A DNA stretch of 64,000 nt from Bigelowiella natans CCMP2755 (GCA_000320545.1 ADNK01002821.1:7976-71975); one strand, 5' to 3'. Numbered from the stretch's first letter, positions 1 through 12,568 are shown. The notes: generated by a model not told the origin, from the sequence alone. Program-made: numbers and translations.

Positions 1-230
1 GGCGCGAAACTACTATCTTCTTGCTCTCTCACGGCTCCGAAACCAGCGAGGACAACAAGGCGCATACGGCGATGACGAGGAGGAGGAGGAAGAAGGCACG
101 AAGATGGGGGGGGCGGAGGGAAAGGAAAGAGCTGCCGAGATTAGAAGGTGATGAGCGTCGTTGTTTTGAAGAGCATCTACTGTGTGAAGGGGAATGATAT
201 TATAACACATATGGGTACAGTATAAATATT

Positions 231-269
<39 letters not shown>

Positions 270-1175
270 TGTGTGTGCGTGTGTGTGTGTTTTCCTGCGT
301 CTAGTATTTGAACAATCCTCGCATCGAAATTGGAATACCGTTATTGACACTGGCCGTTTGCTTATCACCCAGGCAGTGCCTTCTAAACCTTGCGACATGC
401 TACATCAAAGAGCGCCGTTTCACGGACGCCCTTCACTACTGCGACATTGCCGAGAAGGAGTATCACCGCGCAGGTCTGCCGCTACCCGCCAAGTTATCTC
501 TTCGCAAAGCCAACGCTTTGGAGGAAACAGGGGAGTTGAAGAAAGCGCAGAAGGCCCTTGCGAGCGGCATCAAGTCGGTGGAAGATGGCACGAACGCAAG
601 CCGCAAAGAATTGCGCTCTTTGGAAGCTGCCCGGGATAAAATCTTGGCGAAAATCGAGGCGACTGCGAAGGCAGAACGACGGAAATACGGAGGATTTTTG
701 AACCGAAAATGGGGGCCTGCAGTGAAAAGTGGGTTTCTGCTCAATAACGATGATAAGAAAAGAAAGAAAAGGCAACAACAGGAGAAGCAGCAGGAGGCGG
801 GGAAAATCGGCGAGGATAGTAAAGAGCCCATTCCGATGTAAGTAGGAAGGAGGGGGGGGGGATGTAAGAAAGCTTGCCAGCCAGCGGGATTTGCGATGAA
901 GTGTGCTGTAGTTACTTTCACTTTACCGTTATCACCCCTTGTTGCGTGGCGTCTCCTTAGGTATCCTGACAAGAATTTGGTTGGCGAAAAAACCTGCGAG
1001 TTGTGTGGCAAGAAGATGCCCTGTAAGCAGTGGGCGCGACACATGCTGAAATACCATAACCCAGATTCAACGGGTGGGTCTTCCTCTCTCTGCCCTCATC
1101 CTGTGTACTCATTGTGTTCAATTGCTTGGTCTAGTTGTTTAAAACTATCATCATGTATTGTAGATAGTGTTAATT

Positions 1176-1215
<40 letters not shown>

Positions 1216-1306
1216 GTGTGTGTATGATACTTATAAGACACATATGTGTCGAGTACACTTGTGTGTATGTGCACATATATATGTATGCATATTTATTGTA
1301 TGTGTA

Positions 1307-1362
<56 letters not shown>

Positions 1363-1496
1363 GGGGTGGGGGAGAGAGCGTATATTTAACTTTATGCGCG
1401 GTTCATGTAGGGGACTACGAATCATCAGATTCTGAAGGCTATCCAGAAGAGTTGACTTTCCCACCGCTACCGGATGGAACGGTCATTACTTATTGA
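1..1496 (+). CDS. 3' part of a TPR-repeat protein with a C-terminal C2H2-type zinc finger (exons ~<1-147, 373-837, 961-1073, 1411-1496)
   Basis: Exon 373-837 reads RQCLLNLATCYIKERRFTDALHYCDIA..KLSLRKANALEETGELKKA (TPR-like). The apparent stop at 839-841 lies in a GTAAGT donor at 838. Splicing to 961 gives MYPDKNLVGEKTCELCGKKMPCKQWARHMLKYH (C-x2-C..H-x4-H), then a phase-compatible last exon ending TGA at 1494-1496. Confidence 0.7.
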
Positions 1497-2077
1497 GTTT
1501 ATATATTTGTGTGTGCTTGCGTGTATGCGAATGTGTATCTGTGAGTCTAGAGTCAAGCTGAATAAAGTGCACGGTACAATTTTAACTGCTGGAGGGTCTC
1601 GATCAGCTCTGCGCGGCGACGATGTAACTGGGCGCGACGAGCACAAACACATGTACATGCATGTGCATGCAGATGGCATCTCACTAGTTTGTGATGCAGC
1701 TGCAACTAGCGGATGCAAACGTGTGGCGGCTGGGACATTCGCAACATGCTAGCATGACAAGCTAGCACAAATGCCTGCATGTGCATGTACGTAGTCTGCA
1801 CTAGCTAGCACAAGCTAGCCAAATTGCGCTTCACATATGTAACGGCATAATAGACACAGCTAGACAGCAACGGCTAGCTACGATACTTGACACACACACG
1901 TACACAAACACACACGCACACACACACACGCACACACACACACACACACACATCACACCTACACACACACACACACACATACACAAATAAACACGACAAA
2001 CATGATGGAACACGTGATGCGATCTTGACAAACCTTGTTCTGTGGCTGTCATCACCATGTACATGCCACATTTGGTA

Positions 2078-3778
2078 CTAGATCTGCCAAAGGCAGCATG
2101 ATGGTGTGATCACAGCGGTCTTTGAATGCAACATGTTACGATCATTTTGCGCAATCATGAGATGCAATGTAAATGAATGCTCCATTAGAGGCTGTGGACG
2201 AATTCGACTTTTCATTTTCCTTTTGGCGAATCTTACCACTCTTGAATTCTGGTTTCGGGTTGACTTGTTGATCCTCACCTCGCCCCAACTTTCGGTACCT
2301 TAATGGAGTCCGACCTCTGAATCGCCTCTCGACACATTTCGAAAGTGACGCGCTCCTTGCCCCCAAATAGCGCCCGAACAATGTGCGCAACATCCGCCTC
2401 TTGCATGTGGAATTCATGCTTGCTACAGCAGTCCTAGCAGCAGAAGCCATTTTTGTATTCACTCTCGAGGGGATCGTTGGGAAGCGTCATTTGCTTGCAC
2501 GCCGCAGCATGTGTGCTGGCCGTGATGTAGTCGCCCCCCCTCGCCAGGAAAGCAAAGCCACTTTCCACATCTTTTTTGCTCTCACCCGCACTCGTGATCC
2601 TTCTAGCCAAGTTCAGAATGGGGAGCGCCATACTGCCGTCAAAAACACTGTGCTCCGAACCCACCCCCACCTCGAGTGCCTGCAGACATCTCTGCAAAAT
2701 TCTCGCCTCCGAGGCCTGGGCACTAATCGCTATTTGATGGATAGTGACTCGGCGACTGCGATCAATGTCGATCATACTGAGCACCCTCCTGACATCTGCA
2801 TAGACAACTTTGTATGATGAGCGGGGATGAGCATAGCTGGTAGGGCTGCTGTTGTGGCGATCTTCTTCCTCCTCGCCCGAAAGCTGTTCGGCACTGCATC
2901 CACTGCTACGCCAGCAGTGATTATGATGTGCCCTTGGGATTTCGACTTATGTGAGGCATCTCCACAGTCATTGGATGAGGATGCCTCTGATGGTGCGAAG
3001 ACTTGATGCGGACTATGCGTTGGGAGCTTTGACTTCAGGCTTCTTCGCCTTTTTTTGTGATTGACGAACGCGGTGCTAATGATGGAGTCAACGGAAAGAG
3101 GAAACTCGGCGAGAAGATCTTGAAAGAGAATTGTGGGAAGATGACTGCCGGAGTGAAGGCGAGTACTTCGGGCTCGCTTTGGTAGAACACGGCGACCCTT
3201 CCAAACTCTCCTCCGCTGCGTTAGGCGGAGGATTGAGACTCAGACGGCTGCCCATGTTAAGAGCGCGATGTCACCGACGCCGGCGCCCTTGTTGAGGGGC
3301 TTGGAAAAGAGGAGGAAGGCCACACTCTGATGTGTTAATGACACTTGAGAGGAAGAGGTCAGGCGATGAATCTCCTCTTCATAGACCGACGCAAGCCGCG
3401 AATCGAGACCCTCATTGAAGGATGCTAAAAGCCGCACCCGCGACGGCGCAAGCAGCAGCCCCTCAGAACTCCCCATGTCCCAGCGAAAATCATCACCGCC
3501 GAGGGAAGGGAGGCGTCGAATCGCTCCTGGCTCGGAAAATCAATCATGGCTGCGTTCACTGGGCAATATTCCACTGGATATTAACGGGTATTACTGGGCT
3601 CCGATTGGGTTCCGACATCCAAGCGCTTTCTTTGACCGTGGCGCTAGGCGCAAGGCTCTCTGGAATTGGGAACGAACGCATCGGAAGACTTTCGGTGAAA
3701 CCAGCACAAGACCGATCGGTCAGATGCACTCGCACATCTGCACAAAATCGTGCAAGATCCAAGTGGGCCTCTACAACC

Positions 3779-3800
<22 letters not shown>
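2078..3800 (-). pseudogene. Coding-like but fragmented minus-strand region (possible pseudogene or indel-containing gene)
   Basis: Overlapping minus-strand ORF pieces in different frames (3476-3240, 2784-2434, 2462-2142) and a poly-T..TGTAG acceptor-like site near 3770-3809. No family recognised. Confidence 0.25.
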
Positions 3801-3811
<11 letters not shown>

Positions 3812-4063
3812 GTAGGCATCGTTGCATAAAACCAGGGCAAAACATCCCGAAGACAAGGCAGAAATACAGTAACGGCTAGCTAAACGGTCGGTTTAGAACT
3901 GTTTCCGAAAGTTCCCACAAATCCTCACAAAATGGCCGAATGCCATCGCTCTCAGCGTCGGGCTAGATACCAGTGATATCTATCATCTGCGCTGTCCTGG
4001 AGGCGAGAAAAGGGGAGGAGAAGAACAAGACGAAGAGAGAGAGAAGAAGAAAGGGCACTTGCA

Positions 4064-5980
4064 ATGGGTGCTGCAGGCGCTTCTGCAATGTTAGACGCTG
4101 CCAAGAAGAATGATCTGAACAAGATGAAGAGTTTGCTAAAGAAAAAGGCGGATCTTGAGGCCAAAGATGATGATGGTAGTTCAGGGTGAAATAGATGATG
4201 TGAATGGAAAAAATAGGTGTTTGGTCATGTTGCATCGTTTGTTTGTGCGTGTGTGTGTCTTTGGTAGTAGTGCTGATGATGTTGGACAGCCAATCGCAGT
4301 GTTTGGTCACATTGCATCCTTTGTTTATGCGTGAATGCACATGTGGTCATCGTGAATAGGTAATACGCCGTTGGCCTTGGCCTCTTTGAGGGGTCACAAG
4401 GAAACCGTCGAGTGCCTGATCGACGCGAAAGCGAATCTGGAGAACAAGAGTAATTACGGTGAGAAAAGCCTGAGAGTACGGGCCGTTTGTTGTAGCTCTT
4501 TGGTAGTAGTGCTGATGATGTTGGACAGCCAATCGCAGTGTTTGGTCACATTGCATCCTTTGTTTATGCGTGTATGCACATGTTGTCATCATGAATAGGT
4601 AATACGCCGTTGGCCAGGGCCTCTCGTAAGGGTTGGAAGGGTATCGTCAAGTGCCTGATCGACGCGAAAGTGAATCTGGAGAACAAGGATAATGATGGTG
4701 AGAAAGGCCTGAGAGTACGGGCCGTTTGTTGTAGCTCTTTGGTAGTAGTGCTGATGATGGTGGACAGCCAATCGCGGTGTTTGGTCACATTGCATCGTTT
4801 GTTTATGCGTGAATGCACATGTGGTCATCGTGAATAGGTAATACGCCGTTGGCCTTGGCCTCTTTGAGGGGTCACAAGGAAACCGTCGAGTGCCTGATCG
4901 ACGCGAAAGCGAATCTGGAGAACAAGAGTAATTACGGTGAGAAAAGCCTGAGAGTACGGGCCGTTTGTTGTAGCTCTTTGGTAGTAGTGCTGATGATGTT
5001 GGACAGCCAATCGCAGTGTTTGGTCACATTGCATCCTTTGTTTATGCGTGTATGCACATGTTGTCATCATGAATAGGTAATACGCCGTTGGCCAGGGCCT
5101 CTCGTAAGGGTTGGAAGGGTATCGTCAAGTGCCTGATCGACGCGAAAGTGAATCTGGAGAACAAGGATAATGATGGTGAGAAAGGCCTGAGAGTACGGGC
5201 CGTTTGTTGTAGCTCTTTGGTAGTAGTGCTGATGATGGTGGACAGCCAATCGCAGTGTTTGGTCACATTGCATCCTTTGTTTATGCGTGTATGCACATGT
5301 GGTCATCGTGAATAGGTAATACGCCGTTGGCCTTGGCCTCTTTGAAGGGTTGGAAGGAAATCGTCAAGTGCCTGATCGACGCGAAAGCGAATCTGGAGAA
5401 CAAGAATAATAATGGTGAGAAAAGCCTGAGAGTACGGGCCGTTTGTTGTGGCTTTTTGGTAGTAGTGATGATGATTGTTGGACAGCCAATCGCGGTGTTT
5501 GGTCACATTGCATCGTTTGTTTATGCGTGAATGCACATGTGGTCATCGTGAATAGGTGATACGCCGTTGAACTGGGCCTCTTACAATGGTCACAAGGAAA
5601 CCGTCAAGTGCCTGATTGATGCGAAAGCGAAAAATGGTGGGGAAAGTTGGCTACATATAGAAAACATAGTGGAATTATCTTATGATGACGTGATTGTGGA
5701 GAGAACTATTACGCCGGTTATTAGTACATTATAATGAAGTTAAAACTGTGTTTTCTTCTTTGGAATCAGATCGAATTTCTCTCAGACAGGCTTCGGGGAA
5801 CGGTGTAGAAAACAATGAGCAAATTTTAGTCAGCGGAACATCAGAGATGCCACAGCACAAAGAAGCAGGAAACCAGGTCACGCTGCCCATTTGATTCAAA
5901 AGCAAGCAAATCAAGTATTTGGAATAAATTTTGAAATCGTCAGCATCTCTAATATATTATTTTATTAGCCTTCTATGTAG

Positions 5981-6034
<54 letters not shown>

Positions 6035-6940
6035 TTATTTACTTATCTATCTGTTTATTTATATTTATGTCCATATATGTGCACTCATTTAATCGTATTA
6101 TGCATTATTCACAAATTGTTATCAACCGTCTTTTTGTGTATAACATTTCCATCACACTGCTCACACAATCAGCAACCATACAAAAGACTACTTTGCGCTT
6201 CTTTTTGTGTGCCCAACCCGGTACAGTATCTGACATTTGATGTGGGAAAAAAAAAAAAAAAAACAGAACTGCGAAGAACTTCTCCAAAGATTGAGCTCTC
6301 TGGGCAAACAGCAAGAAGGGCAAAGAGAAGGGTCACTGGTCAGGGCTTCCCCATAGCGTTGCCGATTGAATCGCTCATTTGTATTTGTCGCCTTATTAGG
6401 TTGCGACGCATATTTGTCACCGCGGGCGATATCCGACCGATAAATCCCACCTTGAGCGCCATGCACTGCTGTTTCGGCGAATGAAACAGGAAGGTCGGCA
6501 ATCCAAACCATCAGCAAATTGGCGCGACGGATGCAGTGGGATGAAGATCTATCATGTTTTAACAGACTCAGATGCCTTCGTGATCTACCTGGAGTGCGAT
6601 CAGGAAAGCGATAAACCGTCGCAGGTTTCGAGAAAGTCCAAAGATGAATTTTGGAGAGATCTTTCAGGAGAACGGGTGGAGACCATTCCGCACGTCTTTC
6701 AACTTCCAGCGGAGCAAGTGTATGAGAGGGCAGTCTCCAAACTTGGCAAGAAGAAGGCAAGAGCTGCTACCATGAAGTCTTTCTCATTTCAGATATCCTC
6801 AGTATCAATATTGCCAGGGAATCTTTCTGGAGCGTCGGGTCGCGGTTGGGCAAGATCATTATTCCGTCAGTTCCGAGGTGAAGGACCGATGTACTTGATT
6901 GTAAGGGATATGTCGCATTTCTCCACCACCCCCCTCTCAC

Positions 6941-6981
<41 letters not shown>

Positions 6982-9900
6982 AAATGTGCTCATCTGCTTA
7001 CGCTTTCTTGCAAGGCCTTTGTGAACTGGTGCATTGAAGGAGAGCAAGTGCTGAATGAAGATCTAGGCCTTTTGTCGTCACTATTAGATTGCGCGGACGT
7101 GGTGCACCACCGTAAAGACCGTAGCAAGTGCAAAGTGGATTCCTACATACTGGCTGAGCATGGAACCAATCGAACCAAAAAGATTTATTGGACCATTCAC
7201 AAAAAGTAGGGAAGCGTATGGTTTTCTTCCGTAGTCCCAATCGCAGAATATGCATGATACCAAAAACACACACACACACACACACACATACGCGCGCGCT
7301 ATTATAAACCTTTCATATAAATTTAAATATATGTATATATGTATATATATATATATATATATATTCACGGCACTGCGTTCGCTATATATTAGCTTGTTGA
7401 ATCTATAAATACAGAAAAATGTGTCATTATTTCTAATCTTATCGTAGAAACTCGCACGCCGTTCTGGCGTTCAGTGGATCCCAAAACATTGAGAATTGGA
7501 TACAAAACCTAAAGGTGATACTGATGAATTGTCCGATCGAGACATCCTTGTTGTTACTCAATAGCAGATGTTTTCATAATTTCATACAATTTACACGTAT
7601 CTAGTTTGCGCTAAGGAGCCCCGGAGAGCTTATATCAAAAGACGTGAAAGTGCACCATGGGTTTCTCGAATACATCGAAGAACTGGGCAAGGCTTTAAGC
7701 GAGCTCTACCGCCAGTGTGAGACCGAGCTTGCTTCGGAGCGTGCTTTTATTGTTTATCTCGTCGGACATTCTCTCGGGGGGGCTCTAGCAAGCCTGGCCG
7801 CTGCATGCCTTGTGCTGAACCAGAAGTTTTCCAAGATAACTTCAAAGGTGACATATTTGTTGGAAAACGACCTTCTCTCACCATTACGCGTATTGTGTAC
7901 CCTTAGGTTATGCGTGTCGTTACGTTTGGCCAGCCCTCGGTCGGGGATTCGGCCTTTGCTAAATTGTACAATGAAATAGGGTTAGGCTCGAGAACTACCA
8001 GAGTAATGATGTCAAAGGACGCCGTTCCTGACCTACCGCACACCTATGTGAGCTGGTATCGCCATGTCGGAACGGGGATATATGCGGATGCACTTTTGCC
8101 AAGGTTAAGAGTATATTCACCGATAGAGTTTGCGCCAAATCTGATTGAATTCAAAACACAGGAAGGCTCAGCGGAAATCAACGTGGTGGTCACCTCTGAG
8201 TTGGAGGGTCTGGAAGTTTTCCCACCTGCCTGCGCCGCACCTTCTTCCGGCATATAGGATGGCTATAGACCAAAAAACGCACTTGGAAAAAATATGCGAA
8301 GCTCAATCACCAACGGGCAAACTCTCTCGAGAAAAAAAGAAGACTAGCACTAATGGGGACCCTAGCCGAGAACCAATATTTGCGAAAATAGTTGATGCCT
8401 CCAAGAATGATAGCGAGGCGGTTCTTTACAACTCAAGACACATGCGGCAGCTCGGAGAAATGCTACGTCACATCCCAAAGGCCTCTCACCAAATGCCAGA
8501 AAACATCGCCAAAATTTTCAAATCCGACACAAAAGAAGTCGCTCTGTCATTCTGCCCCCCTTCCCCCGCACGAGGAGCCGCCACGGAAATGTCCGGACTC
8601 GTCACTCTTGGGTCAGGGCTCTACTACGAGAAGATCAAGAGCGACCTGCGGCGCGAACTCCATAGCCAAACAGACGAGATTAAAAATGAGGTGCGAGACT
8701 GTAAGCAGCACATGGACGATGGTTTCACACATATCAAAGGAACTCTTGCACAGATGAAGGAGACGATGGAGCTTCAAACGGTCCAGCTGTCTCATATCAT
8801 CAGCGGCCAGGAGATGACCCACAGACAGTTGGAAAAAATCAACAGTAAGCTCGACGAAATTCCGAGGCTAATTCAGAAAAGTGATAAGATGAAGCTGGCT
8901 AGGGAATACCGTGAGCATTGGAATAAGGTGCAGCATAGCTACAACAGAGCATCACAGCGTGGTTCCGACGCACATAAGTCTCTAAAGTCGGTATCTAAGA
9001 ACATGATTTTTCATATCAAAAGCGTGCTGCAAACTTATTGCCCGAATCCCGGTCACCAAATGCGGCTGCCTTACGTCGCTGGCTTTGTTTTCGCGTCTCG
9101 CGCTAGGATGGACGCTTTCCTTTTTGAAGCAGCTCCCACTCATAGCTACGAGGCCAGCCAAGGCGCCACCAAGTATGACAACTACCAAAGGTGGGACAAA
9201 ACGAAAGTGGCGGAATGGCTGAACAAGCATGACTCTCCAGATGTCCAGGACTGCTCTGACCAATTTCTACAGGAAGGGATAAATGGCAGTGTTCTGAAAG
9301 AGTTGAATATAGATGAAGATTATGACAATTTCTTTGCAGAGATGAAGTTCGGAGGCGTTGGTCGCAAACGGCTTCTGAAGAAGTACATCAAGTCATTAGA
9401 AAATAGCCCGGGAAAGGAAGTGAAAGAGGACCATGATGCGTTGGAGTTTATTCGTGAGGCAGCGAATCTAATCGACGAAGAGTTGTCCCATATAGCTCAA
9501 TGCTCCCGCTTCAACCTGGCTGAGATCGTTGAGCGACATTTTTCAACCATGACCCAGTTGATGTCCCTACGCCATGGTTTGTTTTCCGGACTTCGGAACA
9601 ACTCTCGCACCGCCGCTCTTTCCTCAAAGGAGGGCAAGGTTTCGGACTATGCCAATCAATGGCGGATTGTAGAGCAGGTCCGGGACATCGTTCTCCGCTT
9701 GGGGAAGATTCCCCGAGAGTGCGTGCGCGCGCTGGTAGAGGCTGTAGCTCCCGGGGCCCATGCTTCGTTTTTCGCGTCTCTCAATGTGGAATTCGAAGGA
9801 GAGATGGCAAGTGTGAAGCCAGCCGCAAGAGCGATTGACATGAAGCTCGTGTCGAAGATGGTAGACACTCCAGCGAACCGAAAAGCTTTAAGGGAATACC

Positions 9901-10494
9901 TTCAGGAACATCCCTATGCCATAACTCACTTCGACCTTGAAAGCTTGGAGGAGGTGGTCGTCTCTTGTTTGTCGCCCGGAATGGATGAAGAACTGCTTCT
10001 CAGTCTGATGCATGAAGATCATAAACGCTCTTGGGAAAGCAAACGAATAGCATCAAAGATAACGTCCATGACTACAAAGCACCCGCTCATTTGTTTGACT
10101 GCCCACCACCGTCGGGTCGACGTGGTTGGAATGATTCATCAGGAAGAGAATGGCTTGGAAGCGCTTCGAGCATTGATGCATATGAATGTGTTCTCTTCCA
10201 CGGAAACAGACAACAAAATGATCCAGAAAATAGTTGAAGACATTGCCCCAAAGCTGAATATACCGAAGGTCCGGCAAAAGCTTTAACTAGACCTACGAAT
10301 TCCATCTGCATCAATTTGGCTTTCATGCATGTGTGCTACTCGAACGACTTTGTGTGTGTTGATTTTGTTCTACTAACGAGCAGGTTCATCGAGAATTTTT
10401 ATGCAAGACAAATGGAGCCTCTATTGAAATGCGTCTACAGTTAGCTATGGAATATCTCGAGCTTCTCGCAAAGGTTTCACCAGCATCACAATGA
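4064..10494 (+). CDS. Multi-exon protein: N-terminal ankyrin repeat array - linker - class 3 lipase (alpha/beta hydrolase) - coiled coil - SAM domain - helical C-terminus
   Basis: Predicted exons 4064-4175, 4360-4458, 4599-4697, 4838-4936, 5077-5175, 5316-5414, 5556-5636, 5770-5876, ~6268-6338, 6400-6900, 7015-7205, 7448-7514, 7605-7847, 7907-~8200, ~8258-10268, 10384-10494, with compatible intron phases. Lipase_3 motifs: LAFSGSQNIENWIQNL, VHHGF, GHSLGGALASLAA, TFGQPSVGD, DAVPDLP. SAM-like segment WDKTKVAEWL..FLQEGINGSVLKEL..GRKRLLKKYIKSL (~9190-9400). TACTAAC branch site before the last acceptor. The ANK-to-lipase join is inferred, not proven. Confidence 0.7.
4257..5636 (+). repeat. Tandem array of ~239-bp exon+intron units (99-nt ankyrin exon + 140-nt intron), order A-B-A-B-C-D
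   Basis: Exon starts at 4360, 4599, 4838, 5077, 5316, 5556. Each unit reads GAATAG|GTAATACGCCGTTG...G|GTGAGAAA. A 478-bp higher-order dimer is visible. Confidence 0.95.
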
Positions 10495-11449
10495 GCATCT
10501 TCATTGTTGATGGACAAATCTCGTCGCTAAATCGCGGGAAGCGCAGCTGCTTTTACCATTTGCGTTTTGTGAATTCTCCGTTGGAACATTTGTGCTGGCC
10601 GTCACTAGGTCATGTCATATGAGAGTAAGCGACAACTTAGCAGCGATCTATTACTACTGCACAGATGAACTAGATGAAGTTGTGCAAGACGGATGTAATA
10701 AATCAATTAAATTTGCTCAATGGTCATCAAGTTGTGCACACGCATGCATACACATACATATATCTAGACATGTATGATTATCCGAGAGATTATTCAGAGA
10801 CTAGTAACGTTTGCAGCTGATCTAGTAATGTGTGTACGTGATATATGATGATGATCGAGATATGAAGTACTACTAACAATGTCTTGTTTTACGTACGACA
10901 CGTAGCGTGCGCCCAACTTTTGCACTGGTTAGCTCGCAGTATATAATGTATAATGGTATTGCAGTAGTACCTAGCTTTGCAAGCGTGCATGCTAGCATGC
11001 TGCACATCTAGACGCCTGCTATAGTATCTAGGTATGGCTGGCACGTCACAACATCCAACCGCGCGCGCGTATGTAACTGGAAGGAATTTCGAATTCTTAC
11101 AACTCGATGTGAGCATGCTTACATCTTCTTCTATGATTTCACAGTCTCCATTACTTCATCTTTTTCGCATATATAGCTATTAATCGCGCACATGGATACG
11201 ATAGATGGTGAAGAGTTGGATAGAATGAAATGTAGCATGGATCCGAAGCTGGGATACGAGGCTAGTTTGATCTTTAGAAATATGGTATTTACAATCCCAA
11301 GGCTTCTAAGACGGGAGGGGTCTGATTTCTTTTTAAATCATTGCTTTACCATATTGCCCCATTTTATATATGTGCTAAGTTTTGATCTATGTTGGTTCGC
11401 ATCACCAAATTCTTCGTCCCTAGTACTACTAACCTCTTCATCATACACT

Positions 11450-12568
11450 TCATTCATTTAAGTTTGGAATGAAATCTGTGCTATCCGTGTGAATCTTAGT
11501 CACTACGAATTTCGTAAGCTCATCCCTTACCCCCCATTTTCGTCGATAATGCTTCTTGGGCTTGTATTTTCCGGCCGTCAATTTCTCCCCTCGTAGGTGC
11601 TCTACAACTTGGGCCTCGACAATAGCCTCTTCCAAGTAAGGTAACCCAAGCTGAACTTTGTCTTGGGCCATTTTCATGAGAAGTACGCGAGGAAGACGGA
11701 TAACATCGCCTACATTGGCTTTCAGTCTATTGACTGTGTACCTGATTAGTGTATGCAGTCGTGTAAACAACTCGTATAATTTTCTTGGAGATATTGCATA
11801 AATTACCAACGGCCTTCTTCAACAATCACTTGTGAGCCTCCAACTTCAACGACAGCGTATTTTTCACCGAGCTGAATGTGTGCAGGATATTTTTTCAGGC
11901 TATGGACAACGGCAGTAATGTTCATGAGTTAACACCTTAGGTACGCTGTCAGGAACTTGGTAAAACATTGTTTCCATTGGATCAACGTCCACTTTAGGAA
12001 TACCCAGGGCGTCCGCTCGCTTCTGCGATTGTTCTGGAAGAAGAGAAATAGTCTCATGAGTTAATTAACAAACCCCCTGAAACTCTTGACCTTATCATTC
12101 TAAACATTTTGAAATGTAGGGCAGGATAATATTTAAAATACGTTAATAATTATACCTGAAAGAGCCATACTTCTCGGGGAAACACTTCTGCAATTCGTGC
12201 TTGTCCTCATATTTCTCATTGTCATTGGTGCAATTGATCGCCCTGCAATCGTACGAACCGGCGAGGACAGAAGCCCTATGGGGTGGGAGATGAATTTATG
12301 CGTATTAACATCAAGATTACCCCAATTATTTAGAGACTGCCACCACTATAAGAGAGCATCCCGTTGATTTAAATATTTCGAGGGAAGTACCACGTGGCAT
12401 TATACCCCTCCACTCGTCTTTTTCATCATACGAAGAATTCGTATACAAACAGCGACTAAATGGTTAAAAATGAGAACCTTGTGTCCCTCCGATGGCGGAC
12501 AGACCCAGGGCAACTAACAGGAGGGCAGACAGGAGCATGGCGAGGGGGGGTAGGGGCGAGGAAGCCAT
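11450..12568 (-). CDS. RPL21: Plastid-targeted 50S ribosomal protein L21 with bipartite (signal + transit-like) presequence
   Basis: KYAVVEVGGSQVIVEEGR..YTVNRLKANVGDVIRLPRVLL..GLPYLEEAIVEAQVVEHLRGEK..KYKPKKHYRRKWGVRDELTKFVVTKI is bL21. First exon MASSPLPPLAMLLSALLLVALGLSAIGGTQ is a hydrophobic signal peptide. A following exon GLLSSPVRTIAGRSIAPMTMRNMRTSTNCRSVSPRSMALS is R/S/T-rich. Confidence 0.9.

Noticed and set aside
839-841. Stop codon ending the TPR ORF
   Set aside because: It falls inside a GTAAGT donor, and the downstream exons continue in frame.
3780-3809. Poly-A tract as a retroelement tail
   Set aside because: No target-site duplication or RT remnant was seen, and similar A-runs occur in introns elsewhere.
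4371-5530. ORF-track proteins reading ANK into ..VRAVCCSSLVVVLMM..
   Set aside because: These are read-through into the repeated intron after the GTGAGA donor.
4257-5636. CRISPR-like repeat/spacer appearance
   Set aside because: Units are 239 bp, the variable parts are homologous ankyrin exons bounded by AG/GT, and there are no cas genes.
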